A stretch of 64,000 nucleotides of DNA, taken from NCBI RefSeq assembly GCF_009914755.1, contig NC_060927.1; one strand, given 5' to 3'. Both the position numbers and the translations under genes were made by a program. The stretch's first letter is position 1, and each line of letters begins with the position of its first letter. Below, piece by piece: positions 27,290-40,142 of this stretch. The notes under the pieces were generated by a model. The model was given only the letters and a program-made list of their open reading frames with translations, was not told the origin of the DNA and made no database searches. Source of the DNA: the human T2T-CHM13v2.0 reference genome, Homo sapiens.

Positions 27290-27392
27290 CCAGAGCAGAG
27301 ACCCTACTTATTAAGCTTTGTTGGTCTAGCATCTGGCAGTACACCTGTAATATATCTGAAGCTCAAAAAAGTTTTCCTGAAAGAATGAATGA
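27290..27392 (+). mobile_element. L2 3' end
   Basis: CTAGCATCTGGCAGTACACCTG...GCTCAAAAAAG...GAATGAATGA. Confidence 0.6.
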
Positions 27393-27617
27393 CTAAACAA
27401 ACAACAGTACATAGGGTTTATAAACCTTGGTTAATTAAAAACTTAAATAAATTTGAGATATAAGGATGATATAAACAAGTAAATAGCATTTCAAAAAATG
27501 TATTGTCACATATTAAACACATCCTTATCTTAAGATCTTGTGACAAACAAAAATAGAAAAAGTAATCTTCAACTTTGCTGTATGTTTGAAAGAATTTCAC
27601 AATAAAAAGTTGGATAA

Positions 27618-27906
27618 GGCTGCATGCAGTGGCTCATGCCTGTAATCTCAGCACTTTGGGAGGCCAAGGTAGGAGGGTCACTTGAATCTAGGAGTTAGAG
27701 ACCAGCCTGGACAATATACTGAGACCGCATGTCTATAAAAAAATCAGCCTTGTATGATGGCATGCACCTGTAGTCCTAGCTACTTGGGAGGCTGAGGTGA
27801 GAGGATTTCTTGAGCCCAGGAGGTCAAAGCAGCAGTGAGCTATGGTTGCACCACTGCACTGCAACCTGGGTGACAGAGTGAGACTGTGTCAAAAAAAAAA
27901 AAAAAA
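27618..27906 (+). mobile_element. AluJ SINE
   Basis: Diverged dimer with J-type TTGAGCCCAGGAGGTCAA and AGTGAGCTATG; flanks AAAAAGTTGGATAA / AAAAAGTTTGTTAA resemble a TSD. Confidence 0.93.
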
Positions 27907-27925
27907 GTTTGTTAAAAAAAGTATT

Positions 27926-28629
27926 CATATCTCACACCAGTCAGAATGGGGATTATTAAAAAGTCAAGAAACAACAGATGCTGGCGAGGCTGCAAAGAAA
28001 TATGAACGCTTTTACACCATTGGTGGGAATGTTCAACCATTGTGGAAGACAGTGTGGCGATTCCTCAAGGATCTAGAACCAGAAATGCCATCTGACCCCA
28101 CAATCCCATTACTGGGTATATACCCAAAGGAATATAAATCATTCTACTATAAAGATACATGCACAGGTATGTTTACTGTAGCACTATTTACAATAGCAGA
28201 CATGGAACCAACCAAAATGCCCATCAATAATAGACTGGGTAAAGAAAATGTTGTACATATACACCATGGAATACTATGCAGCCATAAAAAGGAATGAGAT
28301 CATGTCCTTTGCATGGACATAGATGAATCTGGAAGACATAATCCTCAGCAAACTAACACAGGAATAGAAAACACTGCATGTTCTCACTCATATGTGGGAG
28401 CTGAACAATGAGAACACATGGACACAGGGAGAGGAACGACACACACCAGGGCCTGTCGGCGGGTGGGGGGTGAGAGGAGGGAGAGCATCAGGACAAATAG
28501 CTAATGCATGTGGGGCTTAAAACCTAGATGACGGGTTGATAGATGCAGCAAACCATGATGGCACACGTATACCTATGTAACAAATGTAGAGGTTCTGTGC
28601 ATGTATCCTGGAACTTAAAAAAAAAAAAA
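27926..28629 (+). mobile_element. L1PA (about PA8-PA11) 3' fragment
   Basis: ORF2 C-terminus (QPLWKTVWRFLKDLEPEMPSDPTIPLLGIYPK) and 3'UTR TAGCTAATGCATGTGGGGCTTAAAACCTAGATGACGGGTTGATAG plus polyA. Confidence 0.95.
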
Positions 28630-29294
28630 GATATTCCCATACAACTATCAGAATTTCAATAAACATCATTTCTGAAAAGAAAATTCAGCTTGCCTTCACA
28701 TTTCATTTATCTATTATTTCTTTCAAATCTATAACATAAGTGTTTGTAAAAGGCTGAAGTTGGCTTCAGAGTACTTCATGGGAATGGAATTGTCCTCTTT
28801 GAGGAAAACATCTTGATAAGCTGCTGGAGTCAGAGAGTGAGGCATGAATATTTCTTGTGGGGTTAAACTGTACTACATAAAAAATGAGTAACAATTTGAA
28901 GTTAGGGGAGCACAGAGATGAGAGGGAGGAAGAAGAGGAGTAGTGGGAATTTCCCAATGTAAACGTGGCCAGATTTTTTAAAGTAATGCCTAATAATAAA
29001 TTCTATGAAGTTTATGTTTTGTGATGCAAATATTCTCCTTCTCTCCAAACTTTCAGGAAAGGATAATGTATATTCTACAGTCTTATATAGTAGTAGAACG
29101 AAGAATCAAATAATGAAAAAATGAAGTTATTGCCTCACATTCACCCATATACTGTAGCCTTTATAATCACGGCAGTTTCCTAATAAGACAGAAAATATTA
29201 CCGGAGTTCCTCGGAGTGACCAGTGGTAGAGTGAACAGTGGCCAGTGAATAGTAAATAGCAAAGAGTAGAAAATCAAAAGTATCTTTAATATAG

Positions 29295-29322
29295 AATGAC
29301 TCATATCTATATATGAGTCATT
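29295..29322. promoter_or_regulatory. Inverted repeat carrying two perfect AP-1 sites
   Basis: AATGACTCATAT-ctat-ATATGAGTCATT; TGACTCA at 29297-29303 and TGAGTCA at 29314-29320. Confidence 0.5.
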
Positions 29323-30400
29323 TTCCACAATTGTAAAGGAGAAATATGACCATGGGGAAAAGTGGCACGGAGTTTAGTATCTGAATGATAAGATTATTAT
29401 GCTATTATAGCTGTTGTTACTACTCCTATAAGCTGATCTTAAATGATATGATTATCTTTAGAAATTTAGAAGAGGGTACTTTTGTGACACAATCAATAAA
29501 TGCTAAATCAATGGATTACAAAATATAAAAATGTTATTTGTAATATCTCCCTGGCTCCAGAACAACGTATTAGACACATATACTATATGAACTCTTCTGC
29601 TGCCTGGTCAATCCTCTCTACTAAACAATCTACAACAATGCCAGCAACTATCTTAAAAGTTTCCACATCTACATAATTTACTTATATGTACAGTTTATAT
29701 TTAATACAAAAGGAAAGGAAAGAGAAACTACAGAGTGCATTCTATAGGAAAAATAAAAGTCACAGAGAAGATATAAAAGGTACATCTTAATTGCCATAGA
29801 TGTTTGTCAAGCAGGTTGGTGAGATCCTTACTGTTTGACCTGGTGCGGCTATACTCAAAAACTCAATAGTCTTCATATCTTTCCAAAATACAAAAGTTGC
29901 TACTATTAATAAGAATGCTTTATTAAAAGTTATCTCTACTACATGTGTCAGAAACAGCCCAACATACACTTTCTCATTTAATCCCCCAACAGCATTAAAA
30001 GAAATCTCATTTTCAGATTATACATAAACAAAAAGAGGCCCAAAGACACAGACCTAATAAGTAGTAAACGTCGGGCCTAACATCTATCCAAATAGAATGT
30101 GTAAGGAATAGAAGGAGGGGCTTTATAAAATTACTCCAAAAATTATCTAGAATAACAGACTGGTGATATTAGGTAGAAAAAGAAGACTAATGATGGGGAA
30201 CAGATTTGAAAGGATATATGTTCCCTAGATAATTTCAGAACTTAAAATTTTATATTTGTTTGAGGAAAAGTATATTAAGTATCTCAAAGTAAAATTTAAA
30301 GAAAGGATAATGGAAAAGACTAGTATATTAAAAAATAGCTTTCAAAAGCGATGAAAGAAACATACCATGAACCAGTTTGATTAAAGAGTTGGAAACATTA

Positions 30401-30743
<343 letters not shown>

Positions 30744-31179
30744 TTATTAATAACGGAGTCAGCATGATAGCAGCCTGCTAAGCCCTCTGAGGCAACAGGC
30801 CATAGGGATGATTCAAAATAGGTAGAAATGGTATCTTTTATTTTTAAGAAAAATCACTTAGCCCCAATAAGCTGTAGGCTTATAGCCATAACTTTTTAAA
30901 AAATGTATAAGGTCAGATCAAAAGTTTTTATAACATAATCTACATAAAATATCTATCTTCTTCATTTGTATTAAATACAAAAAATTACTTTACAGTATAT
31001 ACATTCAGAATGTATGTCCGATATGTTTGGTAGGATTCTTGAAAAATAAAAATTTGAAATGAATTACATTAAATTTTATTTTACACTTATATTGGGTATT
31101 TCAAAATTGTCATTTACTTAATTTTGACTAGTTTATCAGTTTATATCTCAATGAAGAGAATTGTATATAAAACAAATCC

Positions 31180-31475
31180 GGCCAGGTGTGGTGGCTCACG
31201 CCTGTAATCCCAGCACTTTGGGAGGCCAAGGCAGGTGGATCACCTAAGGTTGGGAGTGTGAGACCAGCCTGGCCAACATGGTAAAATGCCATCTCTACTA
31301 AAAATACAAAAATTATCCGGGCTAGGTGGCATGTGCCTGTAATCCCACCTACCCAAGAGGCTGAGACAGGAAAAATTACTTGAACCTGGGAGGCAGAGGC
31401 TGCAGTGAGCCGAGCTTGCGCCACTACACTCCAGCTTCGGCAACAGAGTGAGACTCCATCTCAAAAAAATAAAAA

Positions 31476-31524
<49 letters not shown>

Positions 31525-31526
31525 AA
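31180..31526 (+). mobile_element. AluSq-like SINE with an (AAAT)n tail
   Basis: Full dimer; TSD ATAAAACAAATCC at 31167-31179 and 31527-31539. Confidence 0.95.
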
Positions 31527-32645
31527 ATAAAACAAATCCTCCTTCATGTTAAATGTCCACACATTTGAATGGATTGAATTTACTTATCACTAAATATGAT
31601 GTACTACTCTATTTCAAACCGATGGCACTTTACCACTGAAAATGTAATAACTGGATCTTCCATAACACAAATAATACTCCCAACATCACTTAAACCTATG
31701 TGAAATTTGAATATCAAACAGTATCTCACCAGTTGAGAAAATTTTATTAGTAATCAACAAAAGAACACTGCCCATAATGAAATCTGTATTAATTACAAAA
31801 AGAGTTATGAAAGAAATAAATCATTATTATGAATTTTATTTTAAAAATTAAATGGTTTGGGACTCCAATACATACCTCTTATGATGTTTTATCTGAAGGT
31901 CACAAACGGAAATAAACTGCAAACCACTGTAAGCTAATATCTTAATAAAATTCATGTAACTTTTGTCTAAAGTAATTAAAATTCTCTCCCTAGTATTTTT
32001 CCACCAATAAATGCACTTAATACCCACTCAATAATTAATTTGCACTTTAGCAGTTTAATCAGATGTTTAAAAATACATATTTACAATAAAACAATAGATA
32101 TTATAGAATATTTGATAACATAAAATAATTCAATAATTAAATTCTGAAGTTTTCCAGGCACTACATTTTTACTATTACTATTATTTTAAGTTACCTTAAT
32201 AAGTGTATAGAAATAAATAATAAATTAGAGAAGTTTTAGGTAGTGCTCAGTGGCAGTCAAAATATTTATAGCTCATAAGGAATGGGCACAGAAGAAATGT
32301 TACCATGACTAATCAAAACAGATGCTGGCTGTAAATACAGTGTGTATTCCCTGAATATCAACCCTAGCTTTAGGTGTCAAATCAAAATCCATCTCTTAAA
32401 GCTAATCAAGAAAAGTGAAGTAATATGTAGTTTTACCACTGAGTTCCTTCCCCTACTCTCAAGAAATTGATTCTCCGATTATTAAAAAGTGTATGCTCCC
32501 TCAGTAAAAACATTTAAAACTTTGCACAGATCACTGTTAGTTCTCAACTCCATTCCTATCTAAATTTTAGATTATTACTAAAATTTTAAGGCTCTTCCAT
32601 GTTTGGGTGTGTATTTTCTATTACATTTTTGTGCTTAGATTTACC

Positions 32646-33705
32646 TTTTATTTTTTAAATGACATAAAGTATTTATACATATTTATGGGGTATATGTGAT
32701 ATTTTGTTACATGCATAAAATGTGTAATGACAAAGTCAGGGTATTTAGGTTATCCATCACCCTGAGTATTTATAATTTCTATGTGGTTTTCTTTTTTTTT
32801 GAGTACTCTCTTCTAGCTATTTTGCAATATAGAATATTTTTATTAACTACAGTCACCCTACTCTGCTATTGAACATTAGAACTTCTTTTGTCTGACGTTT
32901 GTACCCATTAACCAACCTCTCTTCATCCTCTCCCAACCCACTCAATCCTCCCAGCCTCTATTATCTATCATTCTACTTTCTGCCTCCATGAGATCAACAT
33001 TTTAGCTCCCACATGAGTGAGAACACGAGATATCTGTATTTCTGTGCTTGGCTTATTTCACTTAACATAATGACCTCCAGCTCCATTCACATTGCTGCAA
33101 ATGACATTCCTTCTGTCTTACGGCCAAATAGTATTTCATTGTGTGTATATATGCCACATTTTTTTATCCATTTGTCCACTGATGGACACTTAGGTTTAAT
33201 TTCATATCTTTGCTACTATGAATAGTGCTGCAATAAACATGGGAGTGCGGGTGTTCCTTTGATATACTGATTTCTTTTTGAGGGGGATACTCAATAGAGA
33301 GATTGCAATAGAGAGATCTGTTTTTCATTTTATGAAAAATGTCCATACTGTTTTTCATAGGGGCTGTACTTATATACATTCCCATCAACAGTGTATAAGA
33401 GTTCCCTTTTCTCTACATCCTTACCAGCATCTGTTATTTTCTGTCTTTTTAATAATAGCCATTCTGACCAGTGTAAGATGTTATCTCATTGTGGGTTTTG
33501 ATTTGCATTTCTCTGATGATTAGTGATGTTGAGCATTTTTCCTATACCTATTGGCCATTTGTACGTCTTCTTTTGAGAAATGTCTACTCATGTCCTTTGC
33601 CCACTTTTTAATGCAATTAATTGTTTTTACTGTTGAGTTGTTTGAGTTCCTTATATATTCTGGTTATTAGTCCCTTGTCAGATGAATAGTTTGCAAGTAT
33701 TTTCT
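32646..33705 (-). mobile_element. L1MA (about MA2-MA4) 3' fragment
   Basis: Antisense L1MA 3'UTR (GGGGTATATGTGATATTTTGTTACATGCAT, TAGCTCCCACATGAGTGAGAAC) running into the ORF2 end. Confidence 0.92.
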
Positions 33706-33764
33706 GCTGTGTTTAAAAGGTTTAATTTTAAAAAACAGTAACAATGACATCCTACAGCAGTTAT

Positions 33765-34445
33765 GTGTCTCTTGACTTCGATTTATTCACTAAAATAGTT
33801 TGCATATAATTGATGGGTGAATTCCTCTTCCAGGCACTCTTTCTATGGTAGAAGTTAAAAACTACAATTCTTAGATGGCTTTGCCAGAATATGAAGCATT
33901 GGTATAAGATCAAAGGCAAAGACAGACTTCTTCCTGCCTCCTGCTTTTGGCACTGAAAATCTCAGCAATGGTGCTCCAACAGGGTCTGCAGCACAGAAGT
34001 CTTGGTATCTAGGCTCTGGACTGCTGATTGCAACACTGGTTATGCAAGTGCAGAACAATGCAAGTGCAGAACAACAGCAGCCACCACAAGTGACTGGAAG
34101 CTCCAGCAGCTGTTACAAGCACAACAGAATTCAAGAAATTACATATTATCCTGGATTCTTGAAGTGTCCATAGGAGTGCGGACACCTGGCTTCCTACAGT
34201 GCAGTGAGATTGGTGATTCCAACAGCCACAGCAAAATGTGGAAGCAGCAGCAGCAGCGGCAGCATAATACTTATAGGCTCTGGATAACAAAACTTTCCCT
34301 TGCTTTCTGAAGGAATTTGTTACTAAATAATATTGCCACCTTCTATTTGCTCAACCAGACTTTCCAACACTTTTGTAATCAATTCCCTGGATTGAAGTTC
34401 CTCTTTTCTGAGTCATTTCTGTTTGTCTTGGCATTGATTAATATA
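33765..34445 (+). mobile_element. Old ERVL-class solo LTR (LTR33/LTR50-like)
   Basis: AAAAACTACAATTCTTAGATGGCTTTGCCAG near the start, CAGCAG-rich body, and a 3' TGTAATCAATTCCCTGGATTGAAGTTCCTCT..TTTCTGTTT motif. Confidence 0.55.
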
Positions 34446-34899
34446 AGCCCATACTCCAATATATGCATAATTATTTATAATATACATACATTACTACAAT
34501 ACATACATTACAGAACATGCAGCAATAGATATTTTAAAAGACTGAGGTAAACAAGAAGTAAACATTCTAAATTTGGGGCTCTGTTTATCAACAATTTTAA
34601 AACATTTTGCTCTTACTGAAGAGCAAACTGCTCTTGATGCTCTTACTGAAAAACATTAAAACAAAAATTTGAGTAAATATGTGTCATTCTCTACGTCTTG
34701 GCTTGGTTTTACACTTTGTAAAACAGTCATCTGAAAATACAGTACTATTTTCAGGTTACTTAGATATAATGGTTGTCATGGGTGCAGAGGAGGGGTGGTG
34801 GTAAGTTGAGGGAGAAAGCCTCACAAAATAGTAAATTCAAATGGAAGAAGAGTATCAATGGCTGTGCTTACTACATCAAAATAATCAATTTTCAATATT

Positions 34900-36892
34900 A
34901 ATGGCCAATTATGTAAAATACTTTGTTGAAATTTAGCTAGTAAATTTCCATCTTCAGATGAATAAGTCATTCCTATAAACTAAGAGGTGTAGCGTTTTAT
35001 TTTTTAACAAAAGGATTTTAAAATCAATTTAAAGATTACATTTGAAAGATCTTAAAGTAAGTTATAACATTATGTTCCAAGTTTTACAAAATATGCCAAT
35101 ATATTTTTGTACAATTTTCAATGTATATAGAAACTAGTTTTACAAATACATTGGTTTTTGGCAAGAAAATCACATTGTAATGAAAAGAATTACAAACATT
35201 CAATATGAAATGTTTTCTCCATAACCACAGGTCCTTCAAAAAGCAGTTACCTTCTCACTCATTATTAGTACTACTACTTTAAAAAGACAGATCGAATATG
35301 TTATTTTTCAAAAATATACATTAGAGCGCATAGTATGGACAGTCACCTGTCATAACAGAAAAGGTGAGTAAAATTAGAACCTTGTCATTCTGTAAAAGAA
35401 AAATGCATAACTGCCATAAATTTCTTATTACTTCTCAATACTCTACCACTGGATAACCAGTGAACCTCAAGTGGTGCAAATGATATTCATGGCCCATTCT
35501 CCATCTTATTACAAAGTATCATAAAGATTCCACTAAAATTTTAAGATTCTTTCACATTTGGTAACATATTTTTGACTACATTTTAAAGCTTTAACTTAAA
35601 AAACGAAAACAAAGTGACCACATCAATGATGTCCTACAGCACTTGTGTGTACTTGTGACTTCAATTTATTTGTTAAAATAGCTTGTCTGTAAAAGACTGA
35701 AGGGATTTCATGTGTAGAAGTAGTTCTGTAACCTGCCTCGGCAAGCTTTTTTCTATTCCATTCAAATCGACCACTCCAATATTCTAAAACTATGTAACTA
35801 TAGATAACATAGATTTTCAAGAACACACTGTTTTACTGTAGGGCAGTATTTTGCTGTTTAGCCACAATCTTCTCCAGTGATTATTTTGGTGATTTATAAC
35901 AACATAGTTCTTCGAATTATTTCAATTGAGCCTAGCAAATATCATTGGATGAAATGTTAGAAATATTGGTACTTTCATTTAACTATATAGTAAACATTCC
36001 ACACTGCATAATTTGTTCAATACTTGTTTTTGCAAATCTTCAGCAATGTTTTCTATACATATTCTAGCAGTATTTGCTGACAAATGTGATAGTTTGTTGC
36101 CATATTATTTTTCACACATTATTTCAGCCATTATTGCTCTTGAAGAACAGTGTTTCCAATGGTAAATATGTTTGTATTTTAATATTGTTTTTTAAATCCC
36201 CAAAAGTCTTCTAAATATTAATTTAATGATTTTGTAAAGTCTGTACTGAGTCTCACGTGACATTAAACACTGCTTGATTCATGATCTAGGTAGTTAGATT
36301 TTAATGCCTTACCAATGAAATGGTCTTCCACCATCGCACACCATACACTGAGGGTGACATTCTTTTTCAATGACAGTGAATATAAATCATTTCAAATAGA
36401 CTTCTTGATTATTATTTTTGATCAATGTTCAAATATTGCTAAATCATCATTGTTCTTACTTTATAATGTAGTTTACAAAGTGTTCATAATATGTTTCAGG
36501 GATGTTCTTTTTCAAATGGGCTTGGATTATTAGTATCATCTTTTCTATGCTTTTTTTCAGTCAGTTGTCTGTTTTGTAAGAGTTAGTTTTAGTTAAACTA
36601 ATCTGTCACTAATCTGTGACTCCACATAACAAGGCACAGATAACATTTAGTAGCTCCAACTCTTTAACAAACTCCACTCTCTCCCATCAGGATGTTCTGT
36701 TTAAGTAGCAATGCATGTAAATAATGCTCTGATATTGCCCAGCTCTATCTGGGCATATTAACTGCTGGTAACTTTAACTTCTTAGATTTTTTAAATAAAA
36801 AACACAAATAACAATTTTTATTTCCTCTCAAACCCTAACGCATCATCTTGCATATTTCTTGGAATGCATGGACTTTATTTTTGAGGCCACTA
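34900..36892 (-). mobile_element. Fossil hAT-Charlie (Charlie7-like) DNA transposon with a degraded transposase
   Basis: Minus-strand peptides LSANTARICIENIAEDLQ (36083-36030), RQAILTNKLKSQVH (in ORF 35623-35826) and EVHWLSSGRVL (35468-35436) are collinear with Charlie/Buster transposase motifs; TIR-like TTTGAGGCCACTA at ~36880-36892. Confidence 0.8.
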
Positions 36893-36899
36893 TTCTACA

Positions 36900-37160
36900 G
36901 TATGGGCTTTGGACTCAGATTTTAAAAATATTTATTGGATATGTATATTGAAGCAGGTTACTTATCCATGAGTCTCATATAGCTTATCTATAAAATAAGA
37001 ATAACTATATCACAGAACTGTTTGATAACTACATTAGATTGATAATAAGAGATAACATTTTTGTGAACATACAAAGTGCAAGGCTCTAGTCAAAGCACAC
37101 AAAATTTATTAATTCTTGAGTATGGCGTCTACACACAATGAGCATTTGATAAATATTAGT
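36900..37160 (+). mobile_element. MIR, diverged
   Basis: GGGCTTTGGACTCAGA...CAGGTTACTTA...TTATCTATAAAATAAGAATAA...GATAAATATTAG. Confidence 0.6.
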
Positions 37161-37171
37161 TTTCTTCCCCA

Positions 37172-37242
37172 GGAAAGAGAGAAAGAGAAAGAAAGAGAGA
37201 GACAGAGACAGAGAGAAAGAAAAAGAGAGCAAGAGAAAGAGA
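37172..37242 (+). repeat. GA-rich simple repeat
   Basis: ggaaagagagaaagagaaagaaagagagagacagagacagagagaaagaaaaagagagc. Confidence 0.9.
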
Positions 37243-37887
37243 TTAACTGTTCAAAATAAGCAATATTTATTAGGGCAAATAAAGTTGGTTGTTTACATGC
37301 CTATCTCTTCCACAAAAACTCAAGGCTCCTAATCATGCTGTAGTCATCATGTATCTGTATTCAAAGTACAAAGATCTGAATATGTTATGTGCTCAACAAT
37401 TAAATAAATATTGTTAAGTGAATATACATAGGGTGACACCATAGCTTGCTGTTTATTATCTGTAAAAATTACAGCAAATCCAGCATTGACAGGATGTTCA
37501 ATTAACTGCACAACCATTGCAAAACATGCTATTGTTTTTGCCAAATTCTATTATACTGTTGCAGAAAGTGCAGAAAGGGTAACACTCTCCAGAGCTTTTG
37601 AAAATACAGTACTCTTTGATTATTTATACTAACAGATGGGACATAAGGTATGGATAATCCAAAAATAATTTGTTTGGATTTTGAAATGTGTTTTTATATT
37701 TATATCTAAGCATTGGCATACCTAATATTCTATAAGAATGAATGTACTTTGAACAACAAAACTAGAGTATGAAAAGCTGACTTAGAAAAAAGTTTAATTT
37801 TAACACAAATTAGTTTCTCTTATCTTTTTCCTTAACACTTCTGTGTAACCTATACCACTTTGATTACTCCAGCTACATAGAACTCAC

Positions 37888-37941
37888 CTTTTCCCAGACC
37901 TTATCAGATTATCTAAATGTTGGTTTCTACAGGAATATTTT
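37888..37941 (-). other. Candidate small exon (54 nt, or 39 nt from a second AG at 37927-37928)
   Basis: ttccctgctttatacag|AAAATATTCCTGTAG/AAACC...GGTCTGGGAAAAG|gtgagt, with a consensus donor and good acceptor. Confidence 0.4.
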
Positions 37942-38404
37942 CTGTATAAAGCAGGGAATTCTCATCAATAAATCTGAAATCAAGTTTGCCTAGGTATTAT
38001 TAAAAAACAATCAACAGAAATATAAAATATGTCATCTGCTTCAAAATTAGGAATTTTTATTTTTAATAAATTATTTTATTCCTTTGTGTATTACAATCCA
38101 TTAACGTTCTCCACAACTCTTTTTTTTTTCAGTTAAGAAACCAGAGGTAGAGAAAAACTAGCTTGTGATATACAATATTTAGTTATGTAATCCATCTGAT
38201 ATCTCACAAGTTTTCCTGTCAAATTCATAGTGCTCTTATTTTTTTAAAAGATAAATAAATTATTGTGAAATGTTTAAATATAGTAAAAGGAGGAATAATA
38301 AATGCAAGGCATCACTGTGTCTCAATGAGAAACTGAAAGATTAGCTTTTCATCTTACTCTTAATTATTCATGGGCCATACACTCTATCTCTAGGTGTATG
38401 GGAA

Positions 38405-38605
38405 GCAGAGTGCTTCGGTAGAAAGAACGTGGCTTTTAAAGTCAAAGCCTGGATTTGAAAGAAGCTTCCACATTCACTACCTGTGACCTTAAACAAGTTA
38501 CTATTTTTCCAGAATTTCAGTTTCCTCATAGCAAAGAGAAGGCAAAAGTATTAAATGAGAACATATATAAAGTGTTTAACCCTTAGGAAATATTCATTAC
38601 ATAGT
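38405..38605 (+). mobile_element. MIR
   Basis: GGTAGAAAGAACGTGGCTTT...CTGTGACCTTAAACAAGTTAC...CAGTTTCCTCAT. Confidence 0.8.
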
Positions 38606-38670
38606 AATCCAATTTCTACCTTTCTTCCCAAACCAGAAATTCTCAAATTTTGTTGTATTGTAGATCTCTT

Positions 38671-38838
38671 TTTTAATTTTTATTTTTTAGAGATGGAGTC
38701 TCACTCTGTTGCCCAGGCTAGAGTGCAGTTGTGTGGTAATAACTTAACTGCAGACTCAAACTCCTGTGCTCAAGCAATCCTCCCACCTCAGCCTCTGCAG
38801 AGTGGCTGGAACTACATGTGTGTGCTACTGTTCCTGGT
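38671..38838 (-). mobile_element. Free Alu monomer (FRAM/FAM-type)
   Basis: Single right-arm-like monomer flanked by an 18-bp TSD TTGTATT(G/A)TAGATCTCTT at 38653-38670 and 38839-38856. Confidence 0.88.
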
Positions 38839-39176
38839 TTGTATTATAGATCTCTTCTAACTACTAATGATTCACATCAATAATTGATACTTCTCTATCA
38901 CATAAGTTATAAAATTTCTTCACATAAACTGTTGAATTAAATCCTCACTGTCACTCTGTAATCATACTTTAACCTAGGTCAACCAGCGCACTTAACATTC
39001 CATCAAGCCTGCTCCCCTATTTTAAAAAAAAAGTCCTCACCAGAACTAACCGTTTTACACTAAGAAAGTGACATCTAATGATAATAAATATTATTAAACT
39101 ATTTGGCTAGGTCTAAATAAGAGCATATTCACATAAATATCACTAGTGGTTCTAGGACCTAAAACTTTACCTGGTA

Positions 39177-39180
<4 letters not shown>

Positions 39181-39212
<32 letters not shown>

Positions 39213-39302
39213 AGACGGAGTCTCGCTCTGTCGCCCAGGCTGGATGGAGTGCAGTGGCGCGATCTCCACTCACTGCAAGCTCCGCCTCCCGGGCTCACGC
39301 CA
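39181..39302 (-). mobile_element. Severely 5'-truncated young AluY
   Basis: T31 tail, CpG-rich 3' ~90 nt with Y-diagnostic GCAAGCTCCGCC; TSD GTACAAAT at 39174-39181 and 39304-39311. Confidence 0.92.
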
Positions 39303-39694
39303 AGTACAAATGTTTTTGTAACACTTTCCTACAAAACAGCTTATGAAACAAATTAAAGAAAATATGCTCACATGAAAACTTTTAATAGCTATTATGATTA
39401 TTTTAGAAAGAGAATGACCCTCAAATAAAATTTAGTATATTTTCTATTCTTTAGTAACACATTAAATTTCCTCAGTATAATTTATTTCTTTGAAAACGAT
39501 ATTGAAAAAATAGATAATGTCTAAAATACTGGGTGGTCCATCAAAACAAGATCCCCACTTAACCTAACCAACTCTGAGAGAATAGTTGGTTAATCACTTA
39601 GATTATCCTAGGGCCACCTCTCAAGACCACAATTTAAAAATCATTTATTGATCCTTTACCTTCTCTTGAATATGTTTCTTACTAATTAGAAAGA

Positions 39695-40142
39695 AACAGA
39701 GTATAAAAGTTAAAGGTATGTGGGTTCTGATTCAGATTGCTTAAGTTCAAATCTTGGCTTTACTTTTAAATGAATTCCTTAACATTATTAACCCTTTTGT
39801 ACTCATCACTAAAATGAGGGAAATAAAAGGACCTATATTATAGAGTTTTTCTGATGATTAAATAAGATAATTCAAGTACTGGTAATAAAAGTTGCTAAAA
39901 TTTATCAGGCATTTTACCATATTCAGACACTGTGCTAAATATTTTATACATATTATCTCATCTAATATTCACAAAACCCTGTATAATATATCTTATAGAT
40001 GAGAAATGTGAGATCCAAGGTGCCACAACTCATACACCAGAACCATGATTAAAGCACACTAATCCTACAGTACAAACACTTAGTGCTAGGTACATGGGAA
40101 GCTCAATGCCTGGCACATAGAAAGCATTCAATAAATTTTAGC
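39695..40142. mobile_element. MIR (+) interrupted by a second MIR (-) at ~39880-40070
   Basis: Sense MIR 5'/core, then antisense MIR (CAGACACTGTGCTAAAT, TTATAGATGAGAAA), then sense 3' end TGCCTGGCACATAGAAAGCATTCAATAAAT. Confidence 0.7.

Noticed and set aside
27842-28297. 151-aa ORF with recognisable protein similarity
   Set aside because: Chimera of an Alu tail and a frameshifted L1 ORF2 C-terminus; not a gene
33855-34310. Poly-Q/poly-A-containing ORFs and a 16-bp tandem duplication at 34042-34073
   Set aside because: Lie within an old ERVL-type LTR; the CAG run is only about 4 units
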